Notes under the pieces: generated by a model
Told to the model about the DNA's origin: nothing
What the model saw: the letters and a program-made list of their open reading frames with translations, nothing else
The model's database searches: none
In this document: piece after piece, positions 21,118-30,337 of the stretch
How the letters are laid out: each line of letters starts with the position of its first letter
How positions within the stretch are numbered: the stretch's first letter is position 1
Position numbers and translations under genes: made by a program
Assembly (NCBI GenBank): GCA_963754315.1
Contig: CAVWFS010000018.1
Coordinates: 480,001-544,000, forward strand
Direction: 5' to 3'
Origin: an uncultured Candidatus Rokubacteria bacterium
Lineage (GTDB): Bacteria > Methylomirabilota > Methylomirabilia > Rokubacteriales > CSP1-6
DNA: 64,000 nucleotides

Positions 21118-24100
21118 GTGCCCGTGAGGAAGGGTCGCGTGTTCCTCGACTTGCTAGCCCCGCTCGATGCAGACATTTCAATCGACGAGGGGTTGAGGCG
21201 GATGCTGCGTCGCCTCGTTCGCATCACGCGCGCAAAGGCGGGACTGCTCGTGTTCGACCCGCCCCGGCGAAGCCGTCTCATGGTGACCGCCTCGACCCGC
21301 GCGAGCGACGCGAGGCTGGAGGCCACGCTCCGGGAGCGCGTGAGTGCCGAGCCTCGGCCCACGCGGCGCGTGCGTACCATCTGTCCCACGCGGGTCGGCG
21401 CTCTCCTGCGGATACCGCTACCAAGCAGCGCCGGTCAGATCGGTCAGATCGGAGAGATCGCGCTCATCGGCCCCACGCGGGCCATGACCTTGCGCCCACT
21501 TCCACCGAGCTTCTCGCGCGAGCTGGGTGCGGCCCTTGAACAGGTCTGGTGGCTCCACCGGCGCGCCCTCCGCATTCAGGTTCTCAACCGTGTCACCGAG
21601 TTCGGTAGCTCGCGGCATTCGCTGGAAGAGGTCCTCGCCGTCGCCGTGGACGCGCTCGCCCGTCTCGTCGACTTCGACACGATCGGCGTAGGTCTGCTGG
21701 ACACCGACCGTGACCCGCCGCTGTGCGTGGATTTGCTTGCGGGATCGGCGCCAGGTTCTGACAGCTGGATCGTCCGACTCCCTCTCGACGGCGCCCTCCT
21801 GGGGCGCGCAATGTCGCAGAGCGATCCGATCCGGGTCGACGACGTTGCCGCCGCTGACATGGGAGCGGACCCAGGCTGGGGGTGCCTTCTCGCCCAGGAG
21901 TGTCGGGCGGCTCTCCTTGTGCCCCTGGTATCGCGGGCCGGGGTCTTCGGGGCGGTGGTCCTGGGTTCGCGCAAAGTCGGTGCCTTCGATCGGGGGGACG
22001 TCGAGATCGCGGTGCAGATCGCGCGGCCACTCGCTGCCGCTATCGAGCAGCACCGTCTCGTCGATGAGAGCCAACGACGTACCGAGGAGCTGGCCGCGCT
22101 CTATCGGACGAGTCAGCTCATCGCGGCGCGCCTCGATCTTCCCTCGGTCCTCGACGAGATCAGCCGGGCCGTCTCCGTTCTCATCGGGAGTACGGGCTGC
22201 GGCATCGGGCTTCTCGATGAGAGCCGGGCGAACCTGGTGCACGCGGCGGCGCACGGGTTCCAGACCGACGCGTGGCGGGCTTTGTCCATGCCCGTAGGCG
22301 AGGGGATCATCGGGCGCTGCGCCGAGGGTGGGGTGGCGATCCGCGTGAGCGACATTCGGTCTGATCCGCGCTCGGCTCGCCGCGATGTCGACGAACAAGA
22401 GGGTATTCGCGCCATGCTGTGTGTCCCCCTCAAGGACGGGCGTGAAACCATCGGTGTCATCTCAGCTTTCTCCACGCGACCCGGTGTCTTCACCGCTCAC
22501 CATCAGCGTGTGCTGGAGGCGTTCGCCGAGCAGGCCGGGATCGCCATCCACAACGCTCAGCTTTTCGAACGGAGCGAGCGACGGGCTCGGGAGACGCGCG
22601 CCCTGCTGGAGGCTGGTCGCTCGGTGACGGCCAGCCTGGACATCGGCCGCACCGTGCAGGTCATCATGCAGCAGGCGCGCGGCGTGCTCGGCGTCGAGTC
22701 GTGCAGCATCATGCGGATCGATCCCGCCTCCAGCGACCTCGTCACTCTGGCCAGTCTGGACCTTCCCGAGAACATGGCGACTCAGATCCGGCTCAAGATG
22801 GGTGAGGGGATCGCAGGCATGGCCGTCCAGGAACGCCGGCCCGTGCAATCGGCCGACCTGGAGGCGGACGCTCGTGTGCGCTACCCGCACCTGTCCCGTG
22901 GCGGCGGATTCCGATCCATGCTCGCGGCCCCGCTGCGAGTGGGCGACCGTGCGGTGGGCTGCATCAGCGTGTTTCGGCGGGATGCGCACCGTTTCTCAGT
23001 GGCCGAGGAAGAGCTCTTGCTGGCCCTCGCTGACCAGGCGGCCATCGCCCTCGAGCATGCGCGTCTCTACACAGAGCAGGAGCGGATCGTAGCCGAGCGC
23101 ACGCGTGAGCTGGACACACAGAAGCGCTTCGTGGAAGTTGTCTTGGAGACGATCCCTCTCGGCGTATTCGTCCTCGACACCGGATTTGGTGTTGTCCATG
23201 CGAACGCGGCGGGGGCACGCGTCCTCGGGGTGGCCCATCCGGCTGGCCAGACCTTCCCGTGCCTCCTCCCCGAGGAGCTGGACCTCCGCCTCTGCGAATT
23301 CCTGCAGGGTGCGCTGCGCTCTCCGCATACGACCTTTCTGGAAGCTGAGGTCGTTCTGGCGGCAGAGGCGCGGACCTTGCGGTTCACAGCGGCCCCACTG
23401 GGGGCGGCGGGCGAGAAGGCGACCCATCTCGTGCTTCTGGTCGACGATATCACCCTGGCCAAACGCCTGGAACAGCGCATGCTGCTCACGGAGCGATTGA
23501 CCACGGCGGGCCGGCTGGCGGCGGGGGTCGCCCATGAACTCAACAATCCGCTGGCCACCATCGCCGGCTGCGCGGAGTCGCTACAGGCGCGGACCCGGGA
23601 CGGGGCGTTTTCCTCGTTTCCAGATGCCGACGACCTTCGCCACTATCTGGCGCTGATCGAGGAGGAAGCGTATCGCTGCAAGGAGATCACAAGCAGTCTG
23701 CTCCAGTTCGTTCGCGATCCCGGCGTGCGCCGGACGCCCACCGATCTGAACGGGTTGGTCCAGAAGGCGGTCGAGTTGCTCTCCCACCAGTCCCGCTTCT
23801 CGGGTCGGCGGTTCGTGGAGGAACTCGATCCCGAACTGCCCCTGGTCACCCTCAATGAAGGGCAAATGCGACAGGTGTTCCTGGGACTCGCCTCCAATGC
23901 CCTGGAGGCGATGGAAGCCGCGGGTACCCTCACCGTTCGCTCGCGGCAGCGACGGGGAGAGATCGAGGTTGAATTCGAAGACGAGGGTCAAGGGATTTCC
24001 GACGAACTGCTGGGAAGGATTTTCGACCCCTTCTTCACGACGAAGCCGCCTGGCCAAGGCACCGGACTCGGCCTCGCCATCGCCCAGGGGATCGTGGCGG

Positions 24101-24174
24101 ACCACGGTGGCCGGATCGAAGTGACATCGCGGCTCGGAAAGGGCAGCCTGTTCCGAGTGGTGCTACCTGCGTGA
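21118..24174 (+). CDS. cytoplasmic multi-GAF/PAS sensor histidine kinase
   Basis: three clear GAF repeats, PAS, HELNNPL, FDPFFTTK, GTGLGL. Confidence 0.93.
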   Translation: MPVRKGRVFLDLLAPLDADISIDEGLRRMLRRLVRITRAKAGLLVFDPPRRSRLMVTASTRASDARLEATLRERVSAEPRPTRRVRTICPTRVGALLRIPLPSSAGQIGQIGEIALIGPTRAMTLRPLPPSFSRELGAALEQVWWLHRRALRIQVLNRVTEFGSSRHSLEEVLAVAVDALARLVDFDTIGVGLLDTDRDPPLCVDLLAGSAPGSDSWIVRLPLDGALLGRAMSQSDPIRVDDVAAADMGADPGWGCLLAQECRAALLVPLVSRAGVFGAVVLGSRKVGAFDRGDVEIAVQIARPLAAAIEQHRLVDESQRRTEELAALYRTSQLIAARLDLPSVLDEISRAVSVLIGSTGCGIGLLDESRANLVHAAAHGFQTDAWRALSMPVGEGIIGRCAEGGVAIRVSDIRSDPRSARRDVDEQEGIRAMLCVPLKDGRETIGVISAFSTRPGVFTAHHQRVLEAFAEQAGIAIHNAQLFERSERRARETRALLEAGRSVTASLDIGRTVQVIMQQARGVLGVESCSIMRIDPASSDLVTLASLDLPENMATQIRLKMGEGIAGMAVQERRPVQSADLEADARVRYPHLSRGGGFRSMLAAPLRVGDRAVGCISVFRRDAHRFSVAEEELLLALADQAAIALEHARLYTEQERIVAERTRELDTQKRFVEVVLETIPLGVFVLDTGFGVVHANAAGARVLGVAHPAGQTFPCLLPEELDLRLCEFLQGALRSPHTTFLEAEVVLAAEARTLRFTAAPLGAAGEKATHLVLLVDDITLAKRLEQRMLLTERLTTAGRLAAGVAHELNNPLATIAGCAESLQARTRDGAFSSFPDADDLRHYLALIEEEAYRCKEITSSLLQFVRDPGVRRTPTDLNGLVQKAVELLSHQSRFSGRRFVEELDPELPLVTLNEGQMRQVFLGLASNALEAMEAAGTLTVRSRQRRGEIEVEFEDEGQGISDELLGRIFDPFFTTKPPGQGTGLGLAIAQGIVADHGGRIEVTSRLGKGSLFRVVLPA

Positions 24175-25523
24175 GCCGGCCCATCCGTGTTCTCGTGGCT
24201 GACGACGAGAAGAACCTGCGCGAGTTGATGGTGCGCGAGCTGTCCCGTCAGGGCCATCAGGTGGAGGGGGTGGCGGACGGGGAGGCCGCGCTCGATCGTC
24301 TGCGGGAGGCGCCTTACGACGTGGTCATCCTCGACATGAAGATGCCGCGCAAGGAAGGCATTGAGGTCCTGCGGGAGCTGGCCGGTTTTCCCGAACAGCC
24401 TCAGGTGATCGTGATGACAGGCTTCCAGGAGGTTTCGAGCGCCGTCGAGGCCATGAAACTGGGCGCCTATGACTACCTGACCAAGCCCACCAGGATCGAG
24501 GAACTCGAGGTGGTCGTCCGCAAGGCAGCCGAGAAGGGACAGCTCCTGCGCGACAATGTGGCCCTTCGCTCGCGCCTGCCAGGAGCCGAGCCGTTCGGCG
24601 GCATCCTGTCTCGTACGCTCCGGATGCAGGAGGTCCTCCGCATGGTCGAGCGGGTGGCCCCCACGGACTCCTCCATCCTCATCCTCGGGGAGAGCGGGAC
24701 CGGCAAGGATTTGGTGGCGCGGGCCATCCACGAGCGGTCCCAGCGTGCGAGCCGCCCCTTCGTGCCCATCCACTGCGGCGCCCTGCCCAGAGAGATCTTG
24801 GAGTCGGAGCTGTTCGGTCACGAAAAGGGCGCGTTCACCGGCGCCGTCGGGGCCAAGCCCGGGCTGCTCGAGCTTGCGGATGGCGGAACCCTCTTCCTGG
24901 ACGAGATCGGGGAGATGGAGCCCGACAGCCAGGTGAAGCTCTTGCGTGTGCTGGAAAGCGGAATGTTCTTCCGGGTCGGTGGCACTCGGCCCCGGCGCGT
25001 GGACGTCCGCTTGGTAACCGCGACCAACCGGGACCTGGCCGAGGCCATGAAGCAGGCGGAGTTTCGTCAGGATCTGTACTACCGGATCAACACCATCACC
25101 ATCCAGCTGCCGCCCCTGCGCGACCGTCGGGAAGACGTGGCCCTTCTGGCTCGACACTTCGTGGAGAGCAACGCTGCCTACGGCGCCAAGCGCCTTGGCC
25201 CCGCGGCCCTGACCGCGCTGGAGGGCTATTCGTGGCCTGGCAACGTGCGGGAACTCCTGCACGCCATCGAGCGTGCGGTCATCCTCTCCAAGGGAGAGGA
25301 GATCCAAGCCGAGGACCTTCCTCCCGAGGTCGCGGGGGCATCCCTGCAGCCAAGCGGCGCCGTGAGCGGCAGCCTCGAAGCGATGGAGCGTCAGCACATC
25401 ATCTCGACCCTGCGCCAGGTCGCCGGGCACCGAGGCAAAGCGGCAGCGCTGCTGGCAATTGACCCAAAGACTCTCTACCGAAAGATCCTCACGTACGGAA
25501 TCAAGCCCGACGAGTACAACTGA
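24171..25523 (+). CDS. sigma54-dependent response regulator (NtrC family)
   Basis: REC domain, GESGTGK, GAFTGA, FLDEIG, WPGNVREL, Fis-type HTH. Confidence 0.96.
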   Translation: MSRPIRVLVADDEKNLRELMVRELSRQGHQVEGVADGEAALDRLREAPYDVVILDMKMPRKEGIEVLRELAGFPEQPQVIVMTGFQEVSSAVEAMKLGAYDYLTKPTRIEELEVVVRKAAEKGQLLRDNVALRSRLPGAEPFGGILSRTLRMQEVLRMVERVAPTDSSILILGESGTGKDLVARAIHERSQRASRPFVPIHCGALPREILESELFGHEKGAFTGAVGAKPGLLELADGGTLFLDEIGEMEPDSQVKLLRVLESGMFFRVGGTRPRRVDVRLVTATNRDLAEAMKQAEFRQDLYYRINTITIQLPPLRDRREDVALLARHFVESNAAYGAKRLGPAALTALEGYSWPGNVRELLHAIERAVILSKGEEIQAEDLPPEVAGASLQPSGAVSGSLEAMERQHIISTLRQVAGHRGKAAALLAIDPKTLYRKILTYGIKPDEYN

Positions 25524-25607
25524 TCTCGGGCGTTGTGCCTGAGCCTGCCTCGGGCGGTCGCGCCCGCAAGCACTGGGAGCCGTTGGCTTTCTCACCTCGC
25601 ATCGATA

Positions 25608-25622
25608 TGGCACGAGGCTTGC
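25608..25622 (+). promoter_or_regulatory. sigma54 (-24/-12) promoter
   Basis: TGGCAC-GAGGC-TTGC, exact consensus spacing. Confidence 0.8.
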
Positions 25623-25668
25623 CTCTGTCATAGGCTTGGAATTGGACCAGGACCAGGAAAGGGAACCC

Positions 25669-26034
25669 ATGAAGCGAGTCTTACTGATCGATCAGGATGC
25701 GACCGTGATGCAGCGGATCGGTCTGCAGTGTCTGGAGCGCGAAGTAGGTGTGGTGATGGCGGACAACCTGTGCGAGGGGGTCCGAGCCCTGCTGCGCGCG
25801 AGCGTCTCGCTCATCGTCGTCGATGCCGCCCTGCTGCGGCTTACTCCTAAGGAGCACGCCACCCTCTTCGAGCGGGTGGCCCCATCGGTGCCCGTTGTGA
25901 TCGCCCTCCGGCCAGACGCCGCCCTCGAGACGAGGGTGGGATACGAGGTCCTCGGATTCAAGACGCTGACCCGCCCGCTGACGGCCGAGGACATCCTCGA
26001 CAAGGCGGCCGTCGCTGACCCGCCCGTGGGGTGA
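25669..26034 (+). CDS. atypical stand-alone receiver-like protein
   Basis: KRVLLIDQD, LIVVDA, LTRPLT receiver pattern with degenerate catalytic residues. Confidence 0.7.
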   Translation: MKRVLLIDQDATVMQRIGLQCLEREVGVVMADNLCEGVRALLRASVSLIVVDAALLRLTPKEHATLFERVAPSVPVVIALRPDAALETRVGYEVLGFKTLTRPLTAEDILDKAAVADPPVG

Positions 26035-26044
26035 AGGAGGTGCC

Positions 26045-26236
26045 GTGATACGCCGGCTCGTGATAGGTCTGGCGATTCTGGGGGTGCTAGCGTTGGCTGC
26101 CCTGGAGCTGGCCACCGAGCGGCGTGTCGCGCGCGTGAGCGATCATGGCGCCTTCACGGAAACCAGCGACCCGCGGCTGCCAGCGGCGAGCGAGTGGGAG
26201 TCACACGGAGCGGTCCGACCGGTTCTGACCCGCTGA
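26045..26236 (+). CDS. small single-TM hypothetical protein
   Basis: AAGGAGG RBS; N-terminal hydrophobic helix. Confidence 0.6.
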   Translation: MIRRLVIGLAILGVLALAALELATERRVARVSDHGAFTETSDPRLPAASEWESHGAVRPVLTR

Positions 26237-26250
26237 CCCTGCCTACTGAC

Positions 26251-26278
26251 TTGCACCTGTCCCTGGCCCGTGTACACT
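26251..26278 (+). promoter_or_regulatory. sigma70-type promoter of the RRM gene
   Basis: TTGCAC-16 nt-TACACT, about 100 nt before the ATG. Confidence 0.5.
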
Positions 26279-26377
26279 CGGGTATCGGCCGCGTTTGGTC
26301 GAATCTCGCCTCCAATGTGTTCTTCCGCGTTCGCGGGGCGTGTACGGCATCGGAAGAAAGGTTCAGGAGGACACACC

Positions 26378-26785
26378 ATGGCTGCAAAGCTCTACGTCGG
26401 CGGCCTGTCATACTCCACGACGAGTGAGGCTCTCCGGGAGTTCTTCGCGCAAAGCGGTAATGTCCAGTCGGCTACCGTGATTACTGATCGCTTTTCGGGC
26501 CAGTCCCGTGGCTTCGGCTTCGTGGAAATGGCCACCACCGAGGATGCCCAAAGCGCCATCTCGCAGCTGAATGGCCGCGAGCTTGATGGGCGCCGGATCA
26601 CCGTTGAGATCTCGAATCCGCAGGCGCCGCGCCCAGGCGGAGGACGATCGGGCGGCGGTGGGGGCGGGCGCGGCCCCGGTGGTCGCGGGCCCGGCGGTCG
26701 CGGTCCCGGCGGTCGTGGACCCGGCGGCGGCGGTCGCGGCGAGAGCGGTTACGCCCACCGCCCGTCCAAACCCGTAAAGTGGTAA
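26378..26785 (+). CDS. RRM RNA-binding protein with Gly/Arg-rich tail
   Basis: RNP2 LYVGGL, RNP1 RGFGFVEM; AGGAGG RBS. Confidence 0.95.
   Translation: MAAKLYVGGLSYSTTSEALREFFAQSGNVQSATVITDRFSGQSRGFGFVEMATTEDAQSAISQLNGRELDGRRITVEISNPQAPRPGGGRSGGGGGGRGPGGRGPGGRGPGGRGPGGGGRGESGYAHRPSKPVKW
26672..26731 (+). repeat. 15-nt coding tandem repeat x4 (GPGGR)
   Basis: ggccccggtggtcgc / gggcccggcggtcgc / ggtcccggcggtcgt / ggacccggcggcggc. Confidence 0.85.
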
Positions 26786-26820
26786 GCCGCTAGCGCGAGC
26801 CAGCCTAAGAGCTGCGAATC

Positions 26821-26976
26821 AGGCGCGTCCCGGGTTCCCCGGGGCGCGTCCGAGCGAGGGGGGCCAGGGGGCCCGTTCGAGGCCCCAAAAGGACGAGCGT
26901 GAGACGAGGCGCGTCCCGGGTTCCCCGGGGCGCGTCCGAGCGAGGGGGGCCAGGGGGGCCCTTTCGAGGCCCCCCT
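26821..26976 (-). repeat. palindromic repeat family, tandem copies C and D (86-nt period)
   Basis: two near-identical units of about 70 nt starting at 26821 and 26907, between convergent genes. Confidence 0.9.
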
Positions 26977-26978
26977 CT

Positions 26979-28055
26979 CTACAGTATCCGATCGTACCGC
27001 CCGAACTCATGGGCGGCGTCCATGAACCACTTCACCGCCTGCGGGTCCGACCGTGGAGGAATCTCGCACGAAGTCGAGAGAATGAACCCGGAGTGGCGGG
27101 CCGCCGAGTCGAGGCAACGCCGGACGTCAGCTTCCATCTCCTGCCGGGTGGTCTTCTCGAATCGCGTGGCATCGACGTTGCCGATGGCAACCGCCCGTCC
27201 TTTCGCGACCTCCATGAATCGGCGCAGCTGGTCAACGTGGAGCGTAGGATCCGCTTGCTGGTCCAGGTCGAACGACACGGTGGAGAAGCCGCACTGGATC
27301 AGGTCCTCGTAGATGGGATAGGTCGTCCCGCAGATGTGGGTCGTGACCCCGACCTTCTTCGCCTTGAAATGGTCGACAAGGGCCTTGTGGTAGGGGGCGA
27401 TGAATTCACGGTAATTGTCGGGTGAGATCAGGCTGATGGAGGCCGTGGGCTCCGAGAAGCTGAGTCCAATTCCGGTCTTGACGATGGCGTCACCCCACCG
27501 CTTGCAGAACTCCGTGGTGACCTGCATCAGGTCGTGGATGAATTGCGGGTCCTCGAAAGTGTCGAGCAGCATCGTCTCGGGATTACGCAATAACATGGCG
27601 ATCGTCCATGGTCCAACCGCCACCGCCCCGATGGCCGCCGGCGGCTTGGCTTTGACGAGCGCCTCGCACTGCTCGAGGAATCCGGGCAGCCGTCCGGTCG
27701 CATACGGGTCGGGCATGACGAGTTGGGCGAGCCGGCCCTTGTCATCGTTCAGTACGTGAGCGTCGATCGAGGGGACCACATAGTCCGAGTACTTCACCCG
27801 GCAGCCGAACGCTTCGGCCTCCTTGGCAAGATCGTTGTAGGCGAGGATCACGTCCGGCTGATACCGCTCGAAGTAGTTCAGCATCGCCCGGATGGCCTTG
27901 GGGACGTCGGTGCAATATTCCTCGATGCTCAGGCCATCCAAGGTGCCGGCGAAGGAGGCGACGATCGGATATACCGGTACTCGGTCGGCAAACGAGCGCT
28001 TGTAGGCTGCCACCACCCGGTCGCGGTTGGTGTACGTCGCTTGTCCTTCGATCAC
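26979..28055 (-). CDS. uroporphyrinogen decarboxylase-fold methyltransferase (MtaA/CmuA-like)
   Basis: DRVPVYP, EAEAFG, HICG and C-terminal STSCEIP Zn ligands. Confidence 0.85.
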   Translation of the reverse strand: MIEGQATYTNRDRVVAAYKRSFADRVPVYPIVASFAGTLDGLSIEEYCTDVPKAIRAMLNYFERYQPDVILAYNDLAKEAEAFGCRVKYSDYVVPSIDAHVLNDDKGRLAQLVMPDPYATGRLPGFLEQCEALVKAKPPAAIGAVAVGPWTIAMLLRNPETMLLDTFEDPQFIHDLMQVTTEFCKRWGDAIVKTGIGLSFSEPTASISLISPDNYREFIAPYHKALVDHFKAKKVGVTTHICGTTYPIYEDLIQCGFSTVSFDLDQQADPTLHVDQLRRFMEVAKGRAVAIGNVDATRFEKTTRQEMEADVRRCLDSAARHSGFILSTSCEIPPRSDPQAVKWFMDAAHEFGRYDRIL

Positions 28056-28206
28056 GAGCCTTGATGGTACTCCCCACCGTGTAGGTGTCGCAATGGCCCG
28101 CGAGGGGGTAGAATACCGCCGCTCGCGCGGCGGTTTACTCGGCGCGTCATCGGACTCTCGAGGACGCGAACGAGAAATGCGCCGTCAAACACCAGGGAGG
28201 GCAGGA

Positions 28207-29625
28207 ATGGCCAACGCACCTAGCGCAAGTTACAGCCTCACGGTCCGCGTGCGTATCGCGAATCGACCGGGCATGCTCGGAAAAGTGACCTCCGTCATCG
28301 GCAAGGCGGGGGGCGACATCGGCGCGGTCGACCTGGTCGAGGCGGGGTCGTCGACGATCACGCGAGATATCACGTTCAAGGCGAGCGACGAGCGGCACGG
28401 TGAGCGCGTCACGGAGCGCTTGCGTGCCATCGCGGGCCTCACCGTGGTGAACGTCTCCGATCGTACGTTCCTCATGCACCTCGGGGGAAAGATCGGCGTG
28501 CACGGCAAGATGCCCGTGAAGACTCGTGACGACCTCTCCATGGCCTATACGCCCGGGGTGGCGCGGGTGTGCATGGCCATTCACAAGGACCCGCAGAAGG
28601 CCTACACCCTGACCATCAAGCAGAACACGGTGGCCGTGGTCACCGATGGTTCGGCCGTGCTGGGGCTAGGCGATATCGGGCCCAGTGCGGCCCAGCCCGT
28701 GATGGAGGGCAAGGCCCTCATCTTCAAGGAGTTCGCGGGGGTGGACGCGTTTCCCATTTGCCTGGCCACCAAGGACGTCGATGAGATCGTCTTGATCGTG
28801 AAGGCCATTGCCCCCGTGTTCGGCGGTATCAACCTGGAGGACATCTCGGCCCCGCGCTGCTTCGAGATCGAAGAGCGGCTGCAGCGCGACCTGGAGATCC
28901 CCGTCTTTCACGACGATCAACACGGCACCGCCGTCGTGGTGCTCGGGGCTCTTGCCAACGCGCTCAAGCTCGTGAAGAAGAAACTCCCGGACGTGAAGAT
29001 CGTCTTCACGGGAGCGGGGGCGTCGGGGATCGCTACCGCCAAGCTGCTCATGCGCGCCGGGGCGCGGCACATCATCGCCTGCGACCGGGCGGGGGCTCTC
29101 TATCGCGGCCGCACGGAGAACATGAACTCCATGAAGGAGTGGTTCGCCGAACACACGAACCCCAAGCGTCTCAAGGGGACGGCCGGTGATGCCCTGGCCG
29201 GCGCCGATATTTTCATCGGCCTCTCCGGCCCCGGTGTGGTCACCCTCAAAGATGTCAAGCGGATGGCGCGAGACCCCATCGTTTTTGCCATGGCCAATCC
29301 GGTACCGGAAATCCAGCCTGAGGAGGCTGGCCCTCACGTCCGGGTCATGGCCACTGGCCGTTCGGACTACGCCAACCAGATCAACAACTCCTGCGGCTTC
29401 CCGGGGTTCTTTCGTGGAATGCTCGACGTGCGCGCCAGCCGGGTGAACGATGAGATGAAGTTGGCGGCAGCCAACGCCCTCGCCGCGATCGTGACCAGCA
29501 GCGAGCTGAGCGAGGAATACATCACCCCGTCGATGTTCGATCCCCGCGTGGTGCCGGCCGTCTCGACTGCCGTGGCCGACGCGGCGGTGAAGACAGGGGT
29601 GGCCCGACGTCAGCGGCACGGGTAG
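28207..29625 (+). CDS. NAD(P)-dependent malic enzyme with N-terminal ACT domain
   Basis: ACT (NRPGMLG); AYTPGVA, VMEGKA, NLEDI, FHDDQHGT, GAGASG, AMANP. Confidence 0.93.
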   Translation: MANAPSASYSLTVRVRIANRPGMLGKVTSVIGKAGGDIGAVDLVEAGSSTITRDITFKASDERHGERVTERLRAIAGLTVVNVSDRTFLMHLGGKIGVHGKMPVKTRDDLSMAYTPGVARVCMAIHKDPQKAYTLTIKQNTVAVVTDGSAVLGLGDIGPSAAQPVMEGKALIFKEFAGVDAFPICLATKDVDEIVLIVKAIAPVFGGINLEDISAPRCFEIEERLQRDLEIPVFHDDQHGTAVVVLGALANALKLVKKKLPDVKIVFTGAGASGIATAKLLMRAGARHIIACDRAGALYRGRTENMNSMKEWFAEHTNPKRLKGTAGDALAGADIFIGLSGPGVVTLKDVKRMARDPIVFAMANPVPEIQPEEAGPHVRVMATGRSDYANQINNSCGFPGFFRGMLDVRASRVNDEMKLAAANALAAIVTSSELSEEYITPSMFDPRVVPAVSTAVADAAVKTGVARRQRHG

Positions 29626-29647
29626 CAGGGGAGAAGCCGGCGCTGCG

Positions 29648-29865
29648 GTGAGAGCCAGGGAGCTTCTCGGCGCCTGCTTCGCGCTGTTCGCCGCTCTCCT
29701 GGTGTGGCCGCTTCTCAGCATCCGCCAATCGGCCGCTGCTCGTGGCCGCTACCTGGTGTTTTCTTCCTGGTCGGTCGCCGTGGCCGAGCGCTTCGGGCCG
29801 GCAGCCTCGCCAATCCACGCCGTCAGACCCTCACCCTACCACCTCCGGAAGGCGGGCCCGGCTGA
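29648..29865 (+). CDS. small 2-TM protein, paralogue of 37626-37826 (frameshifted, end uncertain)
   Basis: LLVWPLLSI..NRPLLVA resembles LLLNFPVLAIFNRAATVAG. Confidence 0.45.
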
Positions 29866-30060
29866 CGCTGTGGAAGGAGGGCGACGCCCTCAGCGCGATG
29901 CGTCCAGGAAGCGCTCCACAGCCCGAAAAATCTGGCCCGTATTCTTCGAGACTTGTCGCAGACTGCGATGGGCACGCCCCGTGCGAAGTGTCCGGATCCG
30001 TCTTGGCACGGGTCGTAGGCGGGGGACTCGAACAACGCGGTTCAGTTCTGAGGAGGGTCT

Positions 30061-30329
30061 ATGGCCGACCTGACAGAAAGGCAGAAGGAGGAGTACTGGC
30101 GGTACAACGCCGTCTGACCACGATCCTGCTCGTGATCTGGTTCGTGGTCACCTACCTCATCTCCGGCCTCTGGGCCGGGGCGCTGAATCAGTACAGCCTC
30201 CTCGGATTCCCTCTCGGCTACTACATGGCGGCCCAGGGCGCGCTGGCGATCTTCGTGGTCGAGATCGCGGTGTACGCGTACCTGATGAACAGAAGGACCA
30301 AGAGTACGGCATCCGCGAGGAGGGCATAG
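30061..30329 (+). CDS. DUF4212-type small subunit of solute:sodium symporter (frameshifted)
   Basis: EEYWRYN then LLVIWFVV, GFPLGYYMAAQG across frames; GAGGAGG RBS. Confidence 0.8.
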
Positions 30330-30337
30330 GCGCCACG

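Noticed and set aside
23988..25670. Long antisense ORFs (this one, 4241-5416, 58851-60299 and others)
   Set aside because: Shadow frames of GC-rich genes, with no motifs of their own.
26821..26976. Tandem repeat as a CRISPR array
   Set aside because: Only two units of about 70 nt with a short linker, no cas genes, and the unit is dispersed elsewhere in the window.
29970..30020. sigma54-like motifs upstream of the DUF4212 gene (GGCAC-N5-GTGC; TGGCAC-N5-GTAG)
   Set aside because: The -12 elements deviate from consensus and the region is error-rich.
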